A stretch of DNA of 52,726 bases from an uncultured bacterium (GTDB taxonomy: Bacteria > Actinomycetota > Humimicrobiia > Humimicrobiales > Humimicrobiaceae): NCBI GenBank assembly GCA_965549355.1, contig CBEVGD010000001.1, positions 1 through 52,726 on the forward strand. The letters run 5' to 3'. Within the stretch, counting starts at the first letter, position 1; each line of letters starts with the position of its first letter. This document shows, one piece after another, positions 38,633 to 49,227 of this stretch. Made by a program: the position numbers and the translations under genes. The notes beneath the pieces were generated by a model, which was not told the origin of the DNA, searched no databases, and saw only the letters and a list, made by a program, of their open reading frames with translations.

Positions 38633-41149
38633 TTAAAACCTTTCATGATTTGAACGGGCAATTATCTCATCCTGCAGCTCTCTTCCGATAGTTGTGAAAT
38701 ATGCATTGTATCCGGTTACCCTGACCAGGAGATGCCTGTAATTCTGAGGATGCTTTTGCGCATCCTTTAACATCTCGGAGTCGAGTATATTTATCTGAAG
38801 CGCTGTCCCTCCATTTTCTGCATATCCTCTAAGAAAAGCTTTAAATTTATCTTTGTGTTCATTATCTTTCATTAATGATGGGCTGAATGTTATTGTATGG
38901 CTTGCTCCATTAGGCAGTGAGTTATTATATTCCATCCAGTCACCCTTTTTAGATTTGCCTCCCATAACTTTTCCAACCGAGTTGCTGTTTGATGTCGGAC
39001 CGTTTATATCAGCTCCGTTAACAGGGCATATTGCATTTGACAGGAATTGTCCCTTCCCCCTTCCATCAGCGCTTGCCGGGAGTATAAATCCTTCGCCAAC
39101 CCAGTAGTTCCAGCTGAGCATGCCCGGCCTGAACTGTCTGCCGGTTGACTTTGTTTTGTATTTCCACGTTTCTTCCGTCCAGAGATCCATGACAAATTTA
39201 CCCATTCCGTCTGCTTCATCATTGTCCCTGCCGTATTTTGGGACCCTGTTTTTTGCTCTTGCCTGAAGCACCTCATAACCCTCCCAATTTGCCTTCAGAG
39301 CCTTTATAAGCTCTTTCATTGTGCAGAACTTTTCATCAAATACCAGATATTTTATTGAAAGAAGGGAATCTACTGTGCTTGCATATGTTACAGCTTCGAT
39401 TGTTGAAAAACTAATCTCCGCTCCCCCCTCTGTTATGTCGAGACCCTTCTCGGCACAGCCTTTAACAAGACAAGAAAGGTATGGTGTGGGGCTAAATTCA
39501 GCTCTAATAGATTCTGACACCTCATAGAGATCAGTAATCCTTTTTACGATATATTTCGTCTGAGTTATATATGCTTTTTTAAAAGCATTCCATGTTTTGA
39601 AGTTTTCAGGATTGCCTGTTCTGGGTCCATCCTGTCTTATTTTCTCTTTTTTACCTGTAATCGGATCAATAAAAACATTCATGTCCCTGCCGCCGGTTAG
39701 GGCCAGTTCCACTGCTTTCAAAAGATTGAGATTATTATCCACTGTCCCGGACCTGTCATTGCCGCACATTGTGTTTTCAAGACACCCTACAGAAGCATAG
39801 TTATGAACATTTTCCATATTGATCAGATTTGATAGTTTCCCATTTTTTGATTCCTTCATCATCCCTGCCATAGATCTTTCATCAAAGTTTAGCAAAAACG
39901 GCGCTCCCTGGCTTGAAGATATCATGCTTATGATTACATCGAAGAGTTTGTCCGGTGTATTTCTATGGAGTCTTATATTAGGTTTCGGTTCGAGAATAGG
40001 CGACATCTCATCAATAACTTCAAGAATGGCATAGGTTAGCTCATTAGTAAGATCCTGACCGTTCTTACCAAGGCCGGATAGGGTTATCAGCTGTCCATAA
40101 CCCGCAGTTATCCCCTGATTTCCTCCGACTCTAATAAGTGCGTCATATGCTGTATTTGCATGCAGCCAAAAGCTTTTCAGGATCTCTTTTCCAAATTTCC
40201 TGTCCATGCCATTGTCAATTGATTTTTTCCAGAATGGATAGAGATATTGATCAAATCTTCCAAAAGATATGCCGGGTCCAGGATAGTTTTCATCGCTCAT
40301 CACAAGCATATGGCTTATCCAAAGCGACTGGACCGCTTCCCAGAAAGTAGCTGGAGGCTCCCATGGAACTCTTCCAAGATTGGCTGCCATCTGAAGCAAT
40401 TCTTTTTTCCGAACATTATCTTTTTCTGATTTAGCTATACTTTTGCATAATAGAGAATATTTTTCTGCAAGTTCTTTCGGCATCTTTGCAGCCGCCATCA
40501 TTGCTCTGAGCCGCGCACCTTTCTTTCCTTTTTTTTCAGTATCGGGCAACTTGCTGTAAAATGATCCCAGATCCTGAAAAACACCTTTCCACCCTTTATC
40601 AAGAATTTTATCATATCCAGGAATAAGATGACCCGATGTTGCCCCGGAATTACCATAGCCGTGGTCATGGAACCATTTCATCCGGGCCCTTGATCCTGTT
40701 TTCCCATAAATAAGGCTATCTCTCTTCCCGGCTTCACTTTTGTTCCAGCAGTTTGATGTCATTAAATTAAATCTGCTCCCGGCAAGAAGATCTCCGGGAA
40801 GGATCTCCTGCGGCAGGTAGTTTGTGACAACCTCTTTTAAAAACCATGCTTTTCTTTCAGGAAGACTCCAGCTCCAAAACTCTTTGTGTATCTCAACTTT
40901 TTTAGATGCCTGCTTAATAGAGGATCTGAATGTTTGTAAAAATGGATATGTTTCCGGAACAATGTAGTAGGTGAGTTCATCATACTGAATATCCCAGTCT
41001 GTTCCTGTCGTCCAGGAGGTATATTCATTATTCCAGGCTCTTTTAGTTCCGGAAAAGTAATAATCACGCAACCATTTTATTCGAGCACTTAACCCGGCGG
41101 GTTCTTTGATCTGAAATTCAGGAGATTGCATTACCACTTCATACCTCAC
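38633..41149 (-). CDS. Glycyl radical enzyme, PFL2/glycerol-dehydratase-like clade, substrate unknown
   Basis: 838 aa. The C-terminal glycyl radical motif is LLVRVTGYNAYFTTIGRELQDEIIARSNH. The thiyl loop is VGCLEN (Cys with Glu at +2, as in 1,2-eliminating GREs). The start may be GTG 41149 or ATG 41131. Confidence 0.9.
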   Translation of the reverse strand: MRYEVVMQSPEFQIKEPAGLSARIKWLRDYYFSGTKRAWNNEYTSWTTGTDWDIQYDELTYYIVPETYPFLQTFRSSIKQASKKVEIHKEFWSWSLPERKAWFLKEVVTNYLPQEILPGDLLAGSRFNLMTSNCWNKSEAGKRDSLIYGKTGSRARMKWFHDHGYGNSGATSGHLIPGYDKILDKGWKGVFQDLGSFYSKLPDTEKKGKKGARLRAMMAAAKMPKELAEKYSLLCKSIAKSEKDNVRKKELLQMAANLGRVPWEPPATFWEAVQSLWISHMLVMSDENYPGPGISFGRFDQYLYPFWKKSIDNGMDRKFGKEILKSFWLHANTAYDALIRVGGNQGITAGYGQLITLSGLGKNGQDLTNELTYAILEVIDEMSPILEPKPNIRLHRNTPDKLFDVIISMISSSQGAPFLLNFDERSMAGMMKESKNGKLSNLINMENVHNYASVGCLENTMCGNDRSGTVDNNLNLLKAVELALTGGRDMNVFIDPITGKKEKIRQDGPRTGNPENFKTWNAFKKAYITQTKYIVKRITDLYEVSESIRAEFSPTPYLSCLVKGCAEKGLDITEGGAEISFSTIEAVTYASTVDSLLSIKYLVFDEKFCTMKELIKALKANWEGYEVLQARAKNRVPKYGRDNDEADGMGKFVMDLWTEETWKYKTKSTGRQFRPGMLSWNYWVGEGFILPASADGRGKGQFLSNAICPVNGADINGPTSNSNSVGKVMGGKSKKGDWMEYNNSLPNGASHTITFSPSLMKDNEHKDKFKAFLRGYAENGGTALQINILDSEMLKDAQKHPQNYRHLLVRVTGYNAYFTTIGRELQDEIIARSNHERF

Positions 41150-41290
41150 TGTTTAAATCGGATTCTAAACGACCAATACCATGTTCCGGCAGTGCAGCCA
41201 TAATCTTTCTGGAATTTCTAATATTTTTACTTTTTATTGACTGGTAAATATCTCCATGGAAGGAAAAACAGTTTCACAGATACCTGCTTT

Positions 41291-41319
41291 AGTCTATTTG
41301 GTTCCTATATATTAGTCAA
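41291..41319 (-). promoter_or_regulatory. Candidate promoter for the GRE operon
   Basis: On the minus strand: TTGACT, 17 nt, TAGACT. This would leave a ~135-150-nt leader. Pattern match only. Confidence 0.25.
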
Positions 41320-41383
41320 GGCGAACTCGTTTAGATTTATTTATGATGCAGCAGGGCCGGGGCGTCGGTGTTTGGTAAAAACA

Positions 41384-41404
41384 TTTTTCACTTAAAGTGA
41401 AAAA
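41384..41404. promoter_or_regulatory. Perfect 10-1-10 palindrome in the divergent GRE/hspR intergenic region (candidate operator)
   Basis: TTTTTCACTT-a-AAGTGAAAAA, about 40 bp upstream of the hspR -35 element. Confidence 0.4.
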
Positions 41405-41442
41405 TTCATTTTACATCTGCATTAAAATCCTTTATAATAGCG

Positions 41443-41471
41443 TTGACATTTGAAATGGTTTTATATAAAAT
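41443..41471 (+). promoter_or_regulatory. Candidate promoter of the hspR-dnaK operon with an internal 5-1-5 palindrome
   Basis: TTGACA (41443-41448), 17 nt, TAAAAT (41466-41471). CATTT-g-AAATG (41447-41457) lies at the -35/spacer junction, a MerR-like operator position. Confidence 0.4.
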
Positions 41472-41501
41472 TTTACCATTGATAATAGGTGGTGAACATT
41501 A

Positions 41502-41819
41502 TTGTTTGATAAAAAAGATAAGAGTTATCCGATCGAACTTGTTGCGGACTTCTTAGGGGTGAACAGCAGGACGCTTTACTATTATGAGAAGTTCAGCCTG
41601 GTGGTCCCTTTGAGAAGGGGGCGGAAAAGATATTACTCAAGACAGGATATAAGATGGCTGGAATATGTAAGGGAGCTTATGTATGACCAGGGAATGAATC
41701 TGAGATCCATAATAGTTTTGATCAGAAGAAGAGATAATGTGATACTGGATAAATGCCCGGATGAGATCGTGGATTGTTTTAAGAATTACCTTGTAAAATT
41801 GAAAGATCTGCAGGGTTAG
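41502..41819 (+). CDS. hspR: MerR-family heat-shock regulator (HspR-like)
   Basis: 105 aa. TTG start 7 nt after AGGTGGTG. The HTH is IELVADFLGVNSRTLYYYEKFSLVVP.R....RYYSRQDI. It sits immediately upstream of dnaK. Confidence 0.7.
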   Translation: MFDKKDKSYPIELVADFLGVNSRTLYYYEKFSLVVPLRRGRKRYYSRQDIRWLEYVRELMYDQGMNLRSIIVLIRRRDNVILDKCPDEIVDCFKNYLVKLKDLQG

Positions 41820-41880
41820 GACAGTAATGACCGTACAGAAATATAAAAGAGAAAGATTAATAAAGAAAGGATAGATCAGA

Positions 41881-43830
41881 ATGGGAAAAGCAGTAGGAAT
41901 AGACCTTGGAACAACAAATTCAGCGATTGCTGTTATGGAAGGCGGAAAGCCGACCGTAATTACAAATAGCGAGGGAGGAAGAACGACTCCTTCCGTAGTC
42001 AGTCTTACAAAAAAAGGGGAAAGGCTGGTGGGGCAGCTTGCCAAAAGGCAGGCGGCGCTCAATCCGGAGAATACAGTATATTCTATAAAGAGATTCATCG
42101 GAAGAAAATATAGCGAAGTCGAAAGCGAACGAAAAATAGTATCATACGAGGTCCTTAAAGGGAGAAATGACCTTGCTGAAGTAAAGATAGGTGGAAAGAT
42201 CCAGACTCCCGAAGAGATATCAGCTATGATACTGCAGAAATTAAAAAAAGATGCTGAAAGTTATCTTGGCACAGATGTCACAGATGCTGTTATAACAGTA
42301 CCTGCATATTTTAATGATGCCCAGAGGCAGGCTACAAAGAATGCCGGAAAGATAGCAGGGCTCAATGTGCTCAGGATAATAAATGAACCGACAGCTGCAT
42401 CTCTGGCTTATGGCCTTGATAAGAAAAGTGATGAGAAGATCCTTGTATTTGACCTTGGCGGAGGGACCTTTGATGTATCAGTGCTTGAAGTAGGAGAGGG
42501 AGTTTTCGAGGTAAAATCAAGCCACGGGGATATGCACCTTGGAGGAGACGATTATGATAACAGGATAATGAATCATCTCGCAGATGAGTTCAAAAAAGAG
42601 CAGGGAATAGATCTGCGTCAGGACAAACAGGCTCTCCAGAGACTCATTGAAGCATCTGAAAAGGCAAAGGTCGAACTTTCATCAGTGACCGAGACCAATA
42701 TTAGCCTTCCATTTATAACAGCGGATACGAATGGCCCGAAGCATCTTGAAATGAAGATCTCAAGAGCTAAATTTGAGCAGCTTACAGCAGATCTTACCGA
42801 CAGATGCAAGGTCCCGCTGGAAAAGGCACTAAAAGACTCGGGCCTTAAGGCTGAAGAAATAGACGAAGTAATACTGGTCGGAGGATCTACAAGGATGCCT
42901 GTGATCCAGGAACTTGTAAAAAGCTTTATTGGAAAGGACCCCCATAAGGGAGTAAATCCTGATGAAGTCGTAGCAGTAGGTGCGGCAATACAATCCGGCG
43001 TCTTAAAGGGCGATGTAAAGGATGTTGTACTTCTGGATGTAACACCATTGTCTCTTGGTATTGAGACTCTGGGCAGTGTGATGACAAGGCTCATTGAGAG
43101 AAATACTACAATACCTACAAAGAAGAGCGAGATATTTACGACTGCAGCAGACAGCCAGACCAGTGTTGACATACATGCACTTCAGGGTGAGAGGGATATG
43201 GCCAGCAATAATAAGACGATCGGAAGATTCAGGCTGGATGGAATACCTCCCGCACCAAGAGGCATACCGCAGATAGAAGTCACTTTTGATATTGATGCCA
43301 ATGGTATTGTAAATATCTCAGCAAAGGATACAGCGACAGGCAAGGAACAGAAGATAACTATCACGGCCACCTCGCATCTTACTGATGATGAAATAGAGAG
43401 GATGGTAAACGAAGCCAAGGACCATGCTGATGAGGATAAGAAGCAGAGAGAATCTATTGATGCCAAAAATACAGCTGACGGACTGGTTTATTCCACAGAG
43501 AAACTGCTCAAAGATATGGGAGAAAAGGTTCCGGCAGATATGAAGACAAAAATAGAGGATCAGGTCAAAGTGCTTAAAAAAGCACTCGAAACAGATGATG
43601 CGGAACAGATCAAGAAAGAGACAGAAGCGCTTCAGAATCTTCAGAACGAACTATCGCAGAAGCTCTATGCCCAGTCCGGAGCTGAAGCCGGAGGACAACC
43701 CGGAGGGGACCAGGGCACAGGACCGGGAGCAGGCGCAGAAGGACAGCAGCAGCCCGGAGACCAGCAGCAGGGTGGCAATGGCGATGACGATGTGATAGAT
43801 GCCGAATTCGAAGCTAAAGATGATAAATAA
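41881..43830 (+). CDS. dnaK: Chaperone DnaK (Hsp70)
   Basis: 649 aa. [17 protein letters not shown] and [11 protein letters not shown] motifs, with a Gly/Gln-rich acidic C-terminal tail. Confidence 0.97.
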   Translation: MGKAVGIDLGTTNSAIAVMEGGKPTVITNSEGGRTTPSVVSLTKKGERLVGQLAKRQAALNPENTVYSIKRFIGRKYSEVESERKIVSYEVLKGRNDLAEVKIGGKIQTPEEISAMILQKLKKDAESYLGTDVTDAVITVPAYFNDAQRQATKNAGKIAGLNVLRIINEPTAASLAYGLDKKSDEKILVFDLGGGTFDVSVLEVGEGVFEVKSSHGDMHLGGDDYDNRIMNHLADEFKKEQGIDLRQDKQALQRLIEASEKAKVELSSVTETNISLPFITADTNGPKHLEMKISRAKFEQLTADLTDRCKVPLEKALKDSGLKAEEIDEVILVGGSTRMPVIQELVKSFIGKDPHKGVNPDEVVAVGAAIQSGVLKGDVKDVVLLDVTPLSLGIETLGSVMTRLIERNTTIPTKKSEIFTTAADSQTSVDIHALQGERDMASNNKTIGRFRLDGIPPAPRGIPQIEVTFDIDANGIVNISAKDTATGKEQKITITATSHLTDDEIERMVNEAKDHADEDKKQRESIDAKNTADGLVYSTEKLLKDMGEKVPADMKTKIEDQVKVLKKALETDDAEQIKKETEALQNLQNELSQKLYAQSGAEAGGQPGGDQGTGPGAGAEGQQQPGDQQQGGNGDDDVIDAEFEAKDDK

Positions 43831-43859
43831 TGATTTAAGAGAAATAAAAAAATGAAGAA

Positions 43860-43900
43860 ATGTACTGCCCATAGCTTTGTATAAGCTGTGGGCAGTACAT
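43860..43900 (+). terminator. Strong hairpin between dnaK and the J-protein gene (attenuator or partial terminator)
   Basis: ATGTACTGCCCA (43860-43871) pairs with TGGGCAGTACAT (43889-43900), with further AGCT/AGCT pairing inside. Followed by CTTT only. Confidence 0.4.
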
Positions 43901-43927
43901 CTTTAAGGACAGATTGGTGAAAAATAA

Positions 43928-44896
43928 ATGGTAGATTATAGGGATTATTACCAGATTCTGGGAGTAGATAAAAAAGCTACTGCTGATGAAATAAAAAAAG
44001 CATACAGAAAGCTTGCCAGAAAGTATCACCCGGATGCAAATGCCAATAACCCAAAAGCCGAAGAGAAATTCAAGGAGATAGGAGAAGCCTATGAGGTCCT
44101 AAAAGATCCTCAGAAGAGACAGAGATATGATCAGCTGGGGTCTAACTGGAAACAGTATGCCAATGCGGGCCGGCCGGGAGGGGGCCAGTCCTATAGCAGT
44201 TATGATTTCGGAGGCAGGGGCTTTAATTTTGAAAATATGGGCGGAGGCTTTTCGGACTTTTTTGAGATGTTTTTCGGATCTGGGTCGGGCCAGCGCTCTT
44301 CAAATTCTAATTTTGGACAGAATTTTGGAAGAGGCGGGGCAAGAGCGCAGAAAGGACAGGATCTGCGGTCCTCTCTGGAGATATCCTTAAGAGAGGCCCA
44401 TAGCGGCACCAGAAGGTCCATAAAGCTTCAGAAAGAGGGAAGGGCCAGAACAGTAGATGTGAAGATCCCTGCAGGAATAAAGAATGGAGGGAAGATACGC
44501 CTTTCCGGCGAGGGCAGCCCGGGTCCGGGCGGAGGTCCCGGAGGAGATCTTTACCTGACTATAAATATAGCGAGCCATGGTCTTTTTGAAAGAAAAGGCG
44601 ATGATCTGTATATAGAGGTGCCGGTGACTATTAAGGAGGCCTATTTGGGAGGAAAAATAGATGTCCCCACCTTTAATGGCAGAGTGGATGTAAAGCTTCC
44701 CGCAAAAACCCAGTCCGGGAGGACATTAAGGCTCAAGGGAAAGGGTATGCCCGGCTTAAAGGGAAAGGGTTCTGGAGATCTGTATGTGAAGACAAAGATA
44801 GTATTTCCGGAAAAACTGGATCGAAAAAAACGAAAACAATTTGAAGAATTTCTAAAGGATTATGATGAGAATCCAAGGGAAAATATAATAGCATAA
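43928..44896 (+). CDS. J-domain co-chaperone of the CbpA/class II type (no zinc-finger domain)
   Basis: 322 aa. J domain DYYQILGV...[11 protein letters not shown], a G/F-rich linker and C-terminal beta-sandwich domains. No CxxCxGxG repeats. Confidence 0.85.
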   Translation: MVDYRDYYQILGVDKKATADEIKKAYRKLARKYHPDANANNPKAEEKFKEIGEAYEVLKDPQKRQRYDQLGSNWKQYANAGRPGGGQSYSSYDFGGRGFNFENMGGGFSDFFEMFFGSGSGQRSSNSNFGQNFGRGGARAQKGQDLRSSLEISLREAHSGTRRSIKLQKEGRARTVDVKIPAGIKNGGKIRLSGEGSPGPGGGPGGDLYLTINIASHGLFERKGDDLYIEVPVTIKEAYLGGKIDVPTFNGRVDVKLPAKTQSGRTLRLKGKGMPGLKGKGSGDLYVKTKIVFPEKLDRKKRKQFEEFLKDYDENPRENIIA

Positions 44897-45003
44897 TATT
44901 GTTTTAGAAAAACTCTAAAAATGGACCGGTCTGCATAATATAGCGGGCCGGTAAAAAGAAAATAATAATCCGGTTTAAATAAAAAATAAGGGGATCGATA
45001 TAA

Positions 45004-47607
45004 ATGCAATTTGATAAATTCACTATAAAATCCCAGGAGGCTATATCAAGGGCGCAGGCAATAGCTTCGGAAAACGGGCATCAGAGCATAGAAGACATAC
45101 ATATGATCTCGGCGATGCTTGAGCAAAAAGAAGGGATAATAATGCCTGTGCTCCAAAAACTGGAAGTCAATATAGAAGAGTTCAGGTCAAGAATAGACGA
45201 GCTCATAAAAAATGCCCCGAAAGTATCGGGGGCAGCAGCACAGATCTATATGGGAAGCGGGCTGAATAATATATTGAATGATGCCTTAAAAGAAGCCCGT
45301 CAGCTAAAAGACGAATATGTCTCTACAGAACACATCCTTATAGCTATGGCACAGAACCCCGGCAAAGCTGGAGAGATCCTCAAGCAATACGGAGTCACCA
45401 GAGACAGGATATATCAGATCCTTATAGAAATAAGAGGAAATCAGAGGATCACCGACCAGAACCCCGAGGATAAATATCAGGCTCTCGAGAAATTTGGCAA
45501 GGATCTGACAGAACTTGCCGGGAAGGGCAAGCTTGACCCGGTGATCGGCAGGGATGAAGAGATAAGGCGCGTAATACAGGTCCTTTCCAGGAGAACAAAG
45601 AATAATCCAGTGCTCATCGGAGAGCCCGGAGTGGGGAAGACCGCGATTGTAGAAGGTCTGGCAAACCGCATTGTATCGGGTGATGTTCCCGAGGGGCTCA
45701 AGGATAAAAAAGTAGTCGCCCTGGATATGGGAGCCCTCATAGCCGGAGCGAAATTCAGAGGTGAATTTGAAGACAGATTAAAGGCCGTGCTTAAGGAGGT
45801 ATCAAAGTCAGAAGGAGAAATAATATTATTTCTTGATGAGCTTCATACAATAGTAGGCACAGGTGCAGCCGAAGGAGCTATGGATGCCTCAAATATGCTA
45901 AAACCCATGCTGGCAAGGGGAGAACTCCATGCAATAGGCGCCACTACGCTGGATGAATACCGGAAATATATTGAAAAAGATGCTGCACTTGAAAGAAGAT
46001 TTCAGCCGGTGCAGGTCAACGAGCCTTCAGTGGAGGATACCATATCCATACTCAGGGGGCTCAGGGAAAAATACGAGGTCCATCATGGAGTAAGGATCCA
46101 GGATGCAGCGCTTGTTTCGGCTGCAATCCTATCGGACAGATATATAGCAGACAGGTTCCTTCCGGATAAAGCCATAGATCTGATGGATGAGGCTGCTTCA
46201 AAACTCAGGATCGAGATAGACAGCATGCCGTCAGAGATCGACGAAGTGGAAAGGAAGATAAAACAGGCAGAGATAGAAATACAGGCACTGAAGAAAGAAA
46301 AAGATAAAGTTTCCAAAGAAAGACTTGAGAAGATAAAAAAACAACTGGCCGGCTTTAAAGAGAAAAGCAGTTCGATGAAGATCCACTGGCAGCAGGAAAA
46401 GGATATAATTGCCCGCATAAGAAGCCTGAAGGAGGAAATGGAGAGAACAAGGACCGATACTGAACAGGCTGAAAGAGATGGTGACCTGGCAAAAGCGGCA
46501 GAATTAAAATATGGGAAGATGCTGGAGCTGTCAAAAAAGCTTGAAGAGGAGAATACAAAGCTTGGAGAGCTCCAGAAAGAAAAAAAGATGCTCAAAGAAG
46601 AAGTAGACGACGAAGATATAGCGGAAACTGTATCAAAATGGACAGGCATCCCCGTTACAAGGCTCATGGAAGCAGAAATTGAAAAACTGATTCATATGGA
46701 AGAAAGGCTGGGAGAAAGGGTCATAGGACAGGACGAGGCAATAACTGTGATATCCAATGCCATAAGAAGGGCAAGAGCGGGACTCCAGGACCCAAACAGG
46801 CCCATAGGTTCCTTTATATTCCTGGGACCAACCGGTGTGGGGAAAACCGAGCTTTCAAAAGCTCTTGCAGAATTTCTTTTTGATGATGAAAGGGCCATGA
46901 TCAGGATAGATATGTCAGAATATATGGAGAAACATACAGTCTCCAGACTCATAGGGGCGCCCCCGGGCTATGTTGGATATGAAGAAGGGGGTTATCTTAC
47001 AGAGGCTGTTAGAAGACGGCCCTACAGTGTTCTGCTTCTTGATGAAATAGAGAAAGCCCATGGCGATGTTTTTAATATACTGCTCCAGATAATGGATGAC
47101 GGCCGGCTCACCGACGGGCATGGACGCACTGTAGACTTTAAAAATACAGTAATAATAATGACTTCAAATATTGGAAGCCAGTGGATAACGGACCTTGGAG
47201 AGAAGGACGAAGAAGAGATGAAGAAGAGGATAGATGAAGCCATGAAAAATAACTTTAAGCCGGAATTTTTAAACAGGGCCGATGATATAATAATCTTTCA
47301 CAGGCTCGGCATAGAAGAGATTGAAAAAATCGTAGATATACAGATAAATGAACTGAGCAGGATACTTTCATCCAGAAAGCTTTCTATTGAAGTTTCTGAC
47401 AGAGCAAGAAAACTGCTTGCCAGAGAAGGCTTTGACCCGGTTTATGGAGCAAGGCCGCTCAGGAGGGTGATCCAGAACGAGATCCAGAATGTGCTTGCGA
47501 TGAAGCTTTTAAATGGAGAAATAGAAGAAGGAAATATGGTACATATAGATGTCGCGGGACCGGATGGCAGGGTACTGGATTTCAGGGTCAAAAAAAATCT
47601 AAAATAA
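45004..47607 (+). CDS. clpB: ATP-dependent disaggregase ClpB
   Basis: 867 aa. A Clp_N repeat, two AAA+ modules (GEPGVGKT and GPTGVGKT) and a long coiled-coil M-domain between them. Confidence 0.97.
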   Translation: MQFDKFTIKSQEAISRAQAIASENGHQSIEDIHMISAMLEQKEGIIMPVLQKLEVNIEEFRSRIDELIKNAPKVSGAAAQIYMGSGLNNILNDALKEARQLKDEYVSTEHILIAMAQNPGKAGEILKQYGVTRDRIYQILIEIRGNQRITDQNPEDKYQALEKFGKDLTELAGKGKLDPVIGRDEEIRRVIQVLSRRTKNNPVLIGEPGVGKTAIVEGLANRIVSGDVPEGLKDKKVVALDMGALIAGAKFRGEFEDRLKAVLKEVSKSEGEIILFLDELHTIVGTGAAEGAMDASNMLKPMLARGELHAIGATTLDEYRKYIEKDAALERRFQPVQVNEPSVEDTISILRGLREKYEVHHGVRIQDAALVSAAILSDRYIADRFLPDKAIDLMDEAASKLRIEIDSMPSEIDEVERKIKQAEIEIQALKKEKDKVSKERLEKIKKQLAGFKEKSSSMKIHWQQEKDIIARIRSLKEEMERTRTDTEQAERDGDLAKAAELKYGKMLELSKKLEEENTKLGELQKEKKMLKEEVDDEDIAETVSKWTGIPVTRLMEAEIEKLIHMEERLGERVIGQDEAITVISNAIRRARAGLQDPNRPIGSFIFLGPTGVGKTELSKALAEFLFDDERAMIRIDMSEYMEKHTVSRLIGAPPGYVGYEEGGYLTEAVRRRPYSVLLLDEIEKAHGDVFNILLQIMDDGRLTDGHGRTVDFKNTVIIMTSNIGSQWITDLGEKDEEEMKKRIDEAMKNNFKPEFLNRADDIIIFHRLGIEEIEKIVDIQINELSRILSSRKLSIEVSDRARKLLAREGFDPVYGARPLRRVIQNEIQNVLAMKLLNGEIEEGNMVHIDVAGPDGRVLDFRVKKNLK

Positions 47608-47682
47608 CATATTGTATTTTTAGATTTTAAGAGTAGAATATCTCTCTATTGCATATTTTTTTATACAAAGGAGATACTGGAA

Positions 47683-48207
47683 ATGAATAATATAATATGG
47701 CCGATCGCAATATTTTTTGCTATCGCAATAACTGGTAGCATAGGGACGCTGAGATTTATACTGATGGTCAGAGGCAGAAGATTCCTTTCCGTAATAATCG
47801 TTTTTTTCGAAGCCTGCATAGGAATAGCTGTTATCTCAAAGGTTATTCAGGATGTGTCAGGAATATATTCCATAATTGCTTATGGCGCCGGCGCCGCTGC
47901 GGGCCTTTTCGTAGGGATGCTTATATCTAACAGAATCTCACGCAATATTATGAGTACGAATATTATATCCAATAAAAAGCATAATGAAATAGAAGTCCTG
48001 CTGCGGGATGCCGGGTTTGGGGTAACCAGTTTCTACGGAAATGGCAAAGACGGAAATCTGAAGATATTAAATGTCATATGCGGCAGCTCAAAGCTTTCAG
48101 GATTAAGGAAAGAAGTATACAGAGAGGATTCAAAGGCTTTTATAGTGTCGCACCGCCTTGAGGGTATAAGCGGAGGATTTTTCTATAATATGAGGCCGGG
48201 CCGTTAG
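47683..48207 (+). CDS. UPF0316-family membrane protein (DUF5698 plus DUF2179)
   Basis: 174 aa. Three TM helices, then the C-terminal DUF2179-like segment E.E.LL...GFGVT...G.GKDG....L.V.......L...V...D..AF. Confidence 0.55.
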   Translation: MNNIIWPIAIFFAIAITGSIGTLRFILMVRGRRFLSVIIVFFEACIGIAVISKVIQDVSGIYSIIAYGAGAAAGLFVGMLISNRISRNIMSTNIISNKKHNEIEVLLRDAGFGVTSFYGNGKDGNLKILNVICGSSKLSGLRKEVYREDSKAFIVSHRLEGISGGFFYNMRPGR

Positions 48208-48230
48208 GAGTCTGTCCAACAGGTCCGGAT

Positions 48231-49037
48231 CTAATTCTCAAACAGGCCCCCGGGCTTGTCGGGCAATGGATGCTGAAGCGGATCTACACTGTCATCATCC
48301 GGAGTAAATACTCCGCCAGCTTCTTCCTCAAGCTCTGAAAACGCTTTTATGAGCGCCCTGTTTATATCATCTATGGCGGCTCTATAGCTCTTTGTGTCTA
48401 CAAGGTCTCTAAAATCATTCGCGATCTCCTCAGCTGTGGGATTTATAGGATCTCCGATAAATACATTTATCCTGCGGAATGTATTGGCGATTATTGAGAT
48501 TATTCCCTCGGCAACATTGCTTCTTGCAAAGAAACTTTTAGAGCTTGCTCCCTTTCTTAAATTATGCATATATACCGGTATTATCGGCAGCCTGGTTTTG
48601 AAACTTAAATATGCGGCACCATTATGAAATGATTCAAGCTTTCCCTTTTTATTCAATTTCCCCTCAGGAAAAATACCGACAAGGACATTGTCTCTTTTAG
48701 CTATGGAGAAAAGCTCCCTAAAGGTAGCTGTATTTTTAATGGGCTTTTCTTGAAAGACGGGGAGACTATTGGTAAACCGCCTCATAAAAAAATTTGTAAA
48801 TCTTGTTCCGAAGTTCCTTGCAGAGGCCATAAAATAAATCTTTTTATCTACCGCCCCAAGAAGGACTATAGGATCAGCGCCGGTAGTATGGTTGATAGCA
48901 AGGATAGCTGACCGGTCATCAGGGATGTTTTCAAGGCTAAAGACCCGAATACGGACAAATAATTTAAAGAAATTTATAAAAAGCACCCTGGGGATGCTGT
49001 AAAAGAATTCTAATATTTTTTCTTTTAATTTCAGCAT
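48231..49037 (-). CDS. plsC: 1-acyl-sn-glycerol-3-phosphate acyltransferase (PlsC family)
   Basis: 268 aa. NHTTGADP (the HX4D motif), the FPEGK motif, and IPV near motif IV. Confidence 0.75.
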   Translation of the reverse strand: MLKLKEKILEFFYSIPRVLFINFFKLFVRIRVFSLENIPDDRSAILAINHTTGADPIVLLGAVDKKIYFMASARNFGTRFTNFFMRRFTNSLPVFQEKPIKNTATFRELFSIAKRDNVLVGIFPEGKLNKKGKLESFHNGAAYLSFKTRLPIIPVYMHNLRKGASSKSFFARSNVAEGIISIIANTFRRINVFIGDPINPTAEEIANDFRDLVDTKSYRAAIDDINRALIKAFSELEEEAGGVFTPDDDSVDPLQHPLPDKPGGLFEN

Positions 49038-49208
49038 TGTCTCTATATTATAATACAGAAACTTATAATACAGAAACTAAAATATCTATAATGAATGAAC
49101 ATGTGGATATTTTGCAAGTCTTCCCACCATTACATCTGCGATAAATCTCATTTGGTTTTTTTCAGGCATAAAAAGATAAAATTTTAATTAAAATATAAAG
49201 TAAAGCAG

Positions 49209-49227
49209 TTCTCGGACAGGCTCCTAG
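49209..49227. repeat. Half copy of the REP-like element
   Basis: TTCTCGGACAGGCTCCTAG matches the right arm and loop of the 11147 and 11942 copies. It overlaps the mgtC stop codon. Confidence 0.4.

Noticed and set aside
41150-41290. A riboswitch or leader peptide in the GRE 5' leader, based on the small ORFs MEIFTSQ and MAALPEHGIGRLESDLNSEV on the minus strand.
   Set aside because: There is no convincing RBS, no recognisable riboswitch core and no conserved structure that I can support from a single sequence.
43651-43830. A Gly/Gln/Pro-rich low-complexity stretch read as a possible separate feature or repeat.
   Set aside because: It is the disordered C-terminal tail of DnaK, in frame, and ends with the usual acidic motif.
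46083-46667. A 194-aa Ser-rich minus-strand ORF.
   Set aside because: It is the antisense shadow of the Glu/Lys-rich coiled-coil M-domain of clpB and is low-complexity. The same reasoning applies to the other antisense ORFs inside dnaK, the GRE, nrdJ, the P-type ATPases and the ABC genes.
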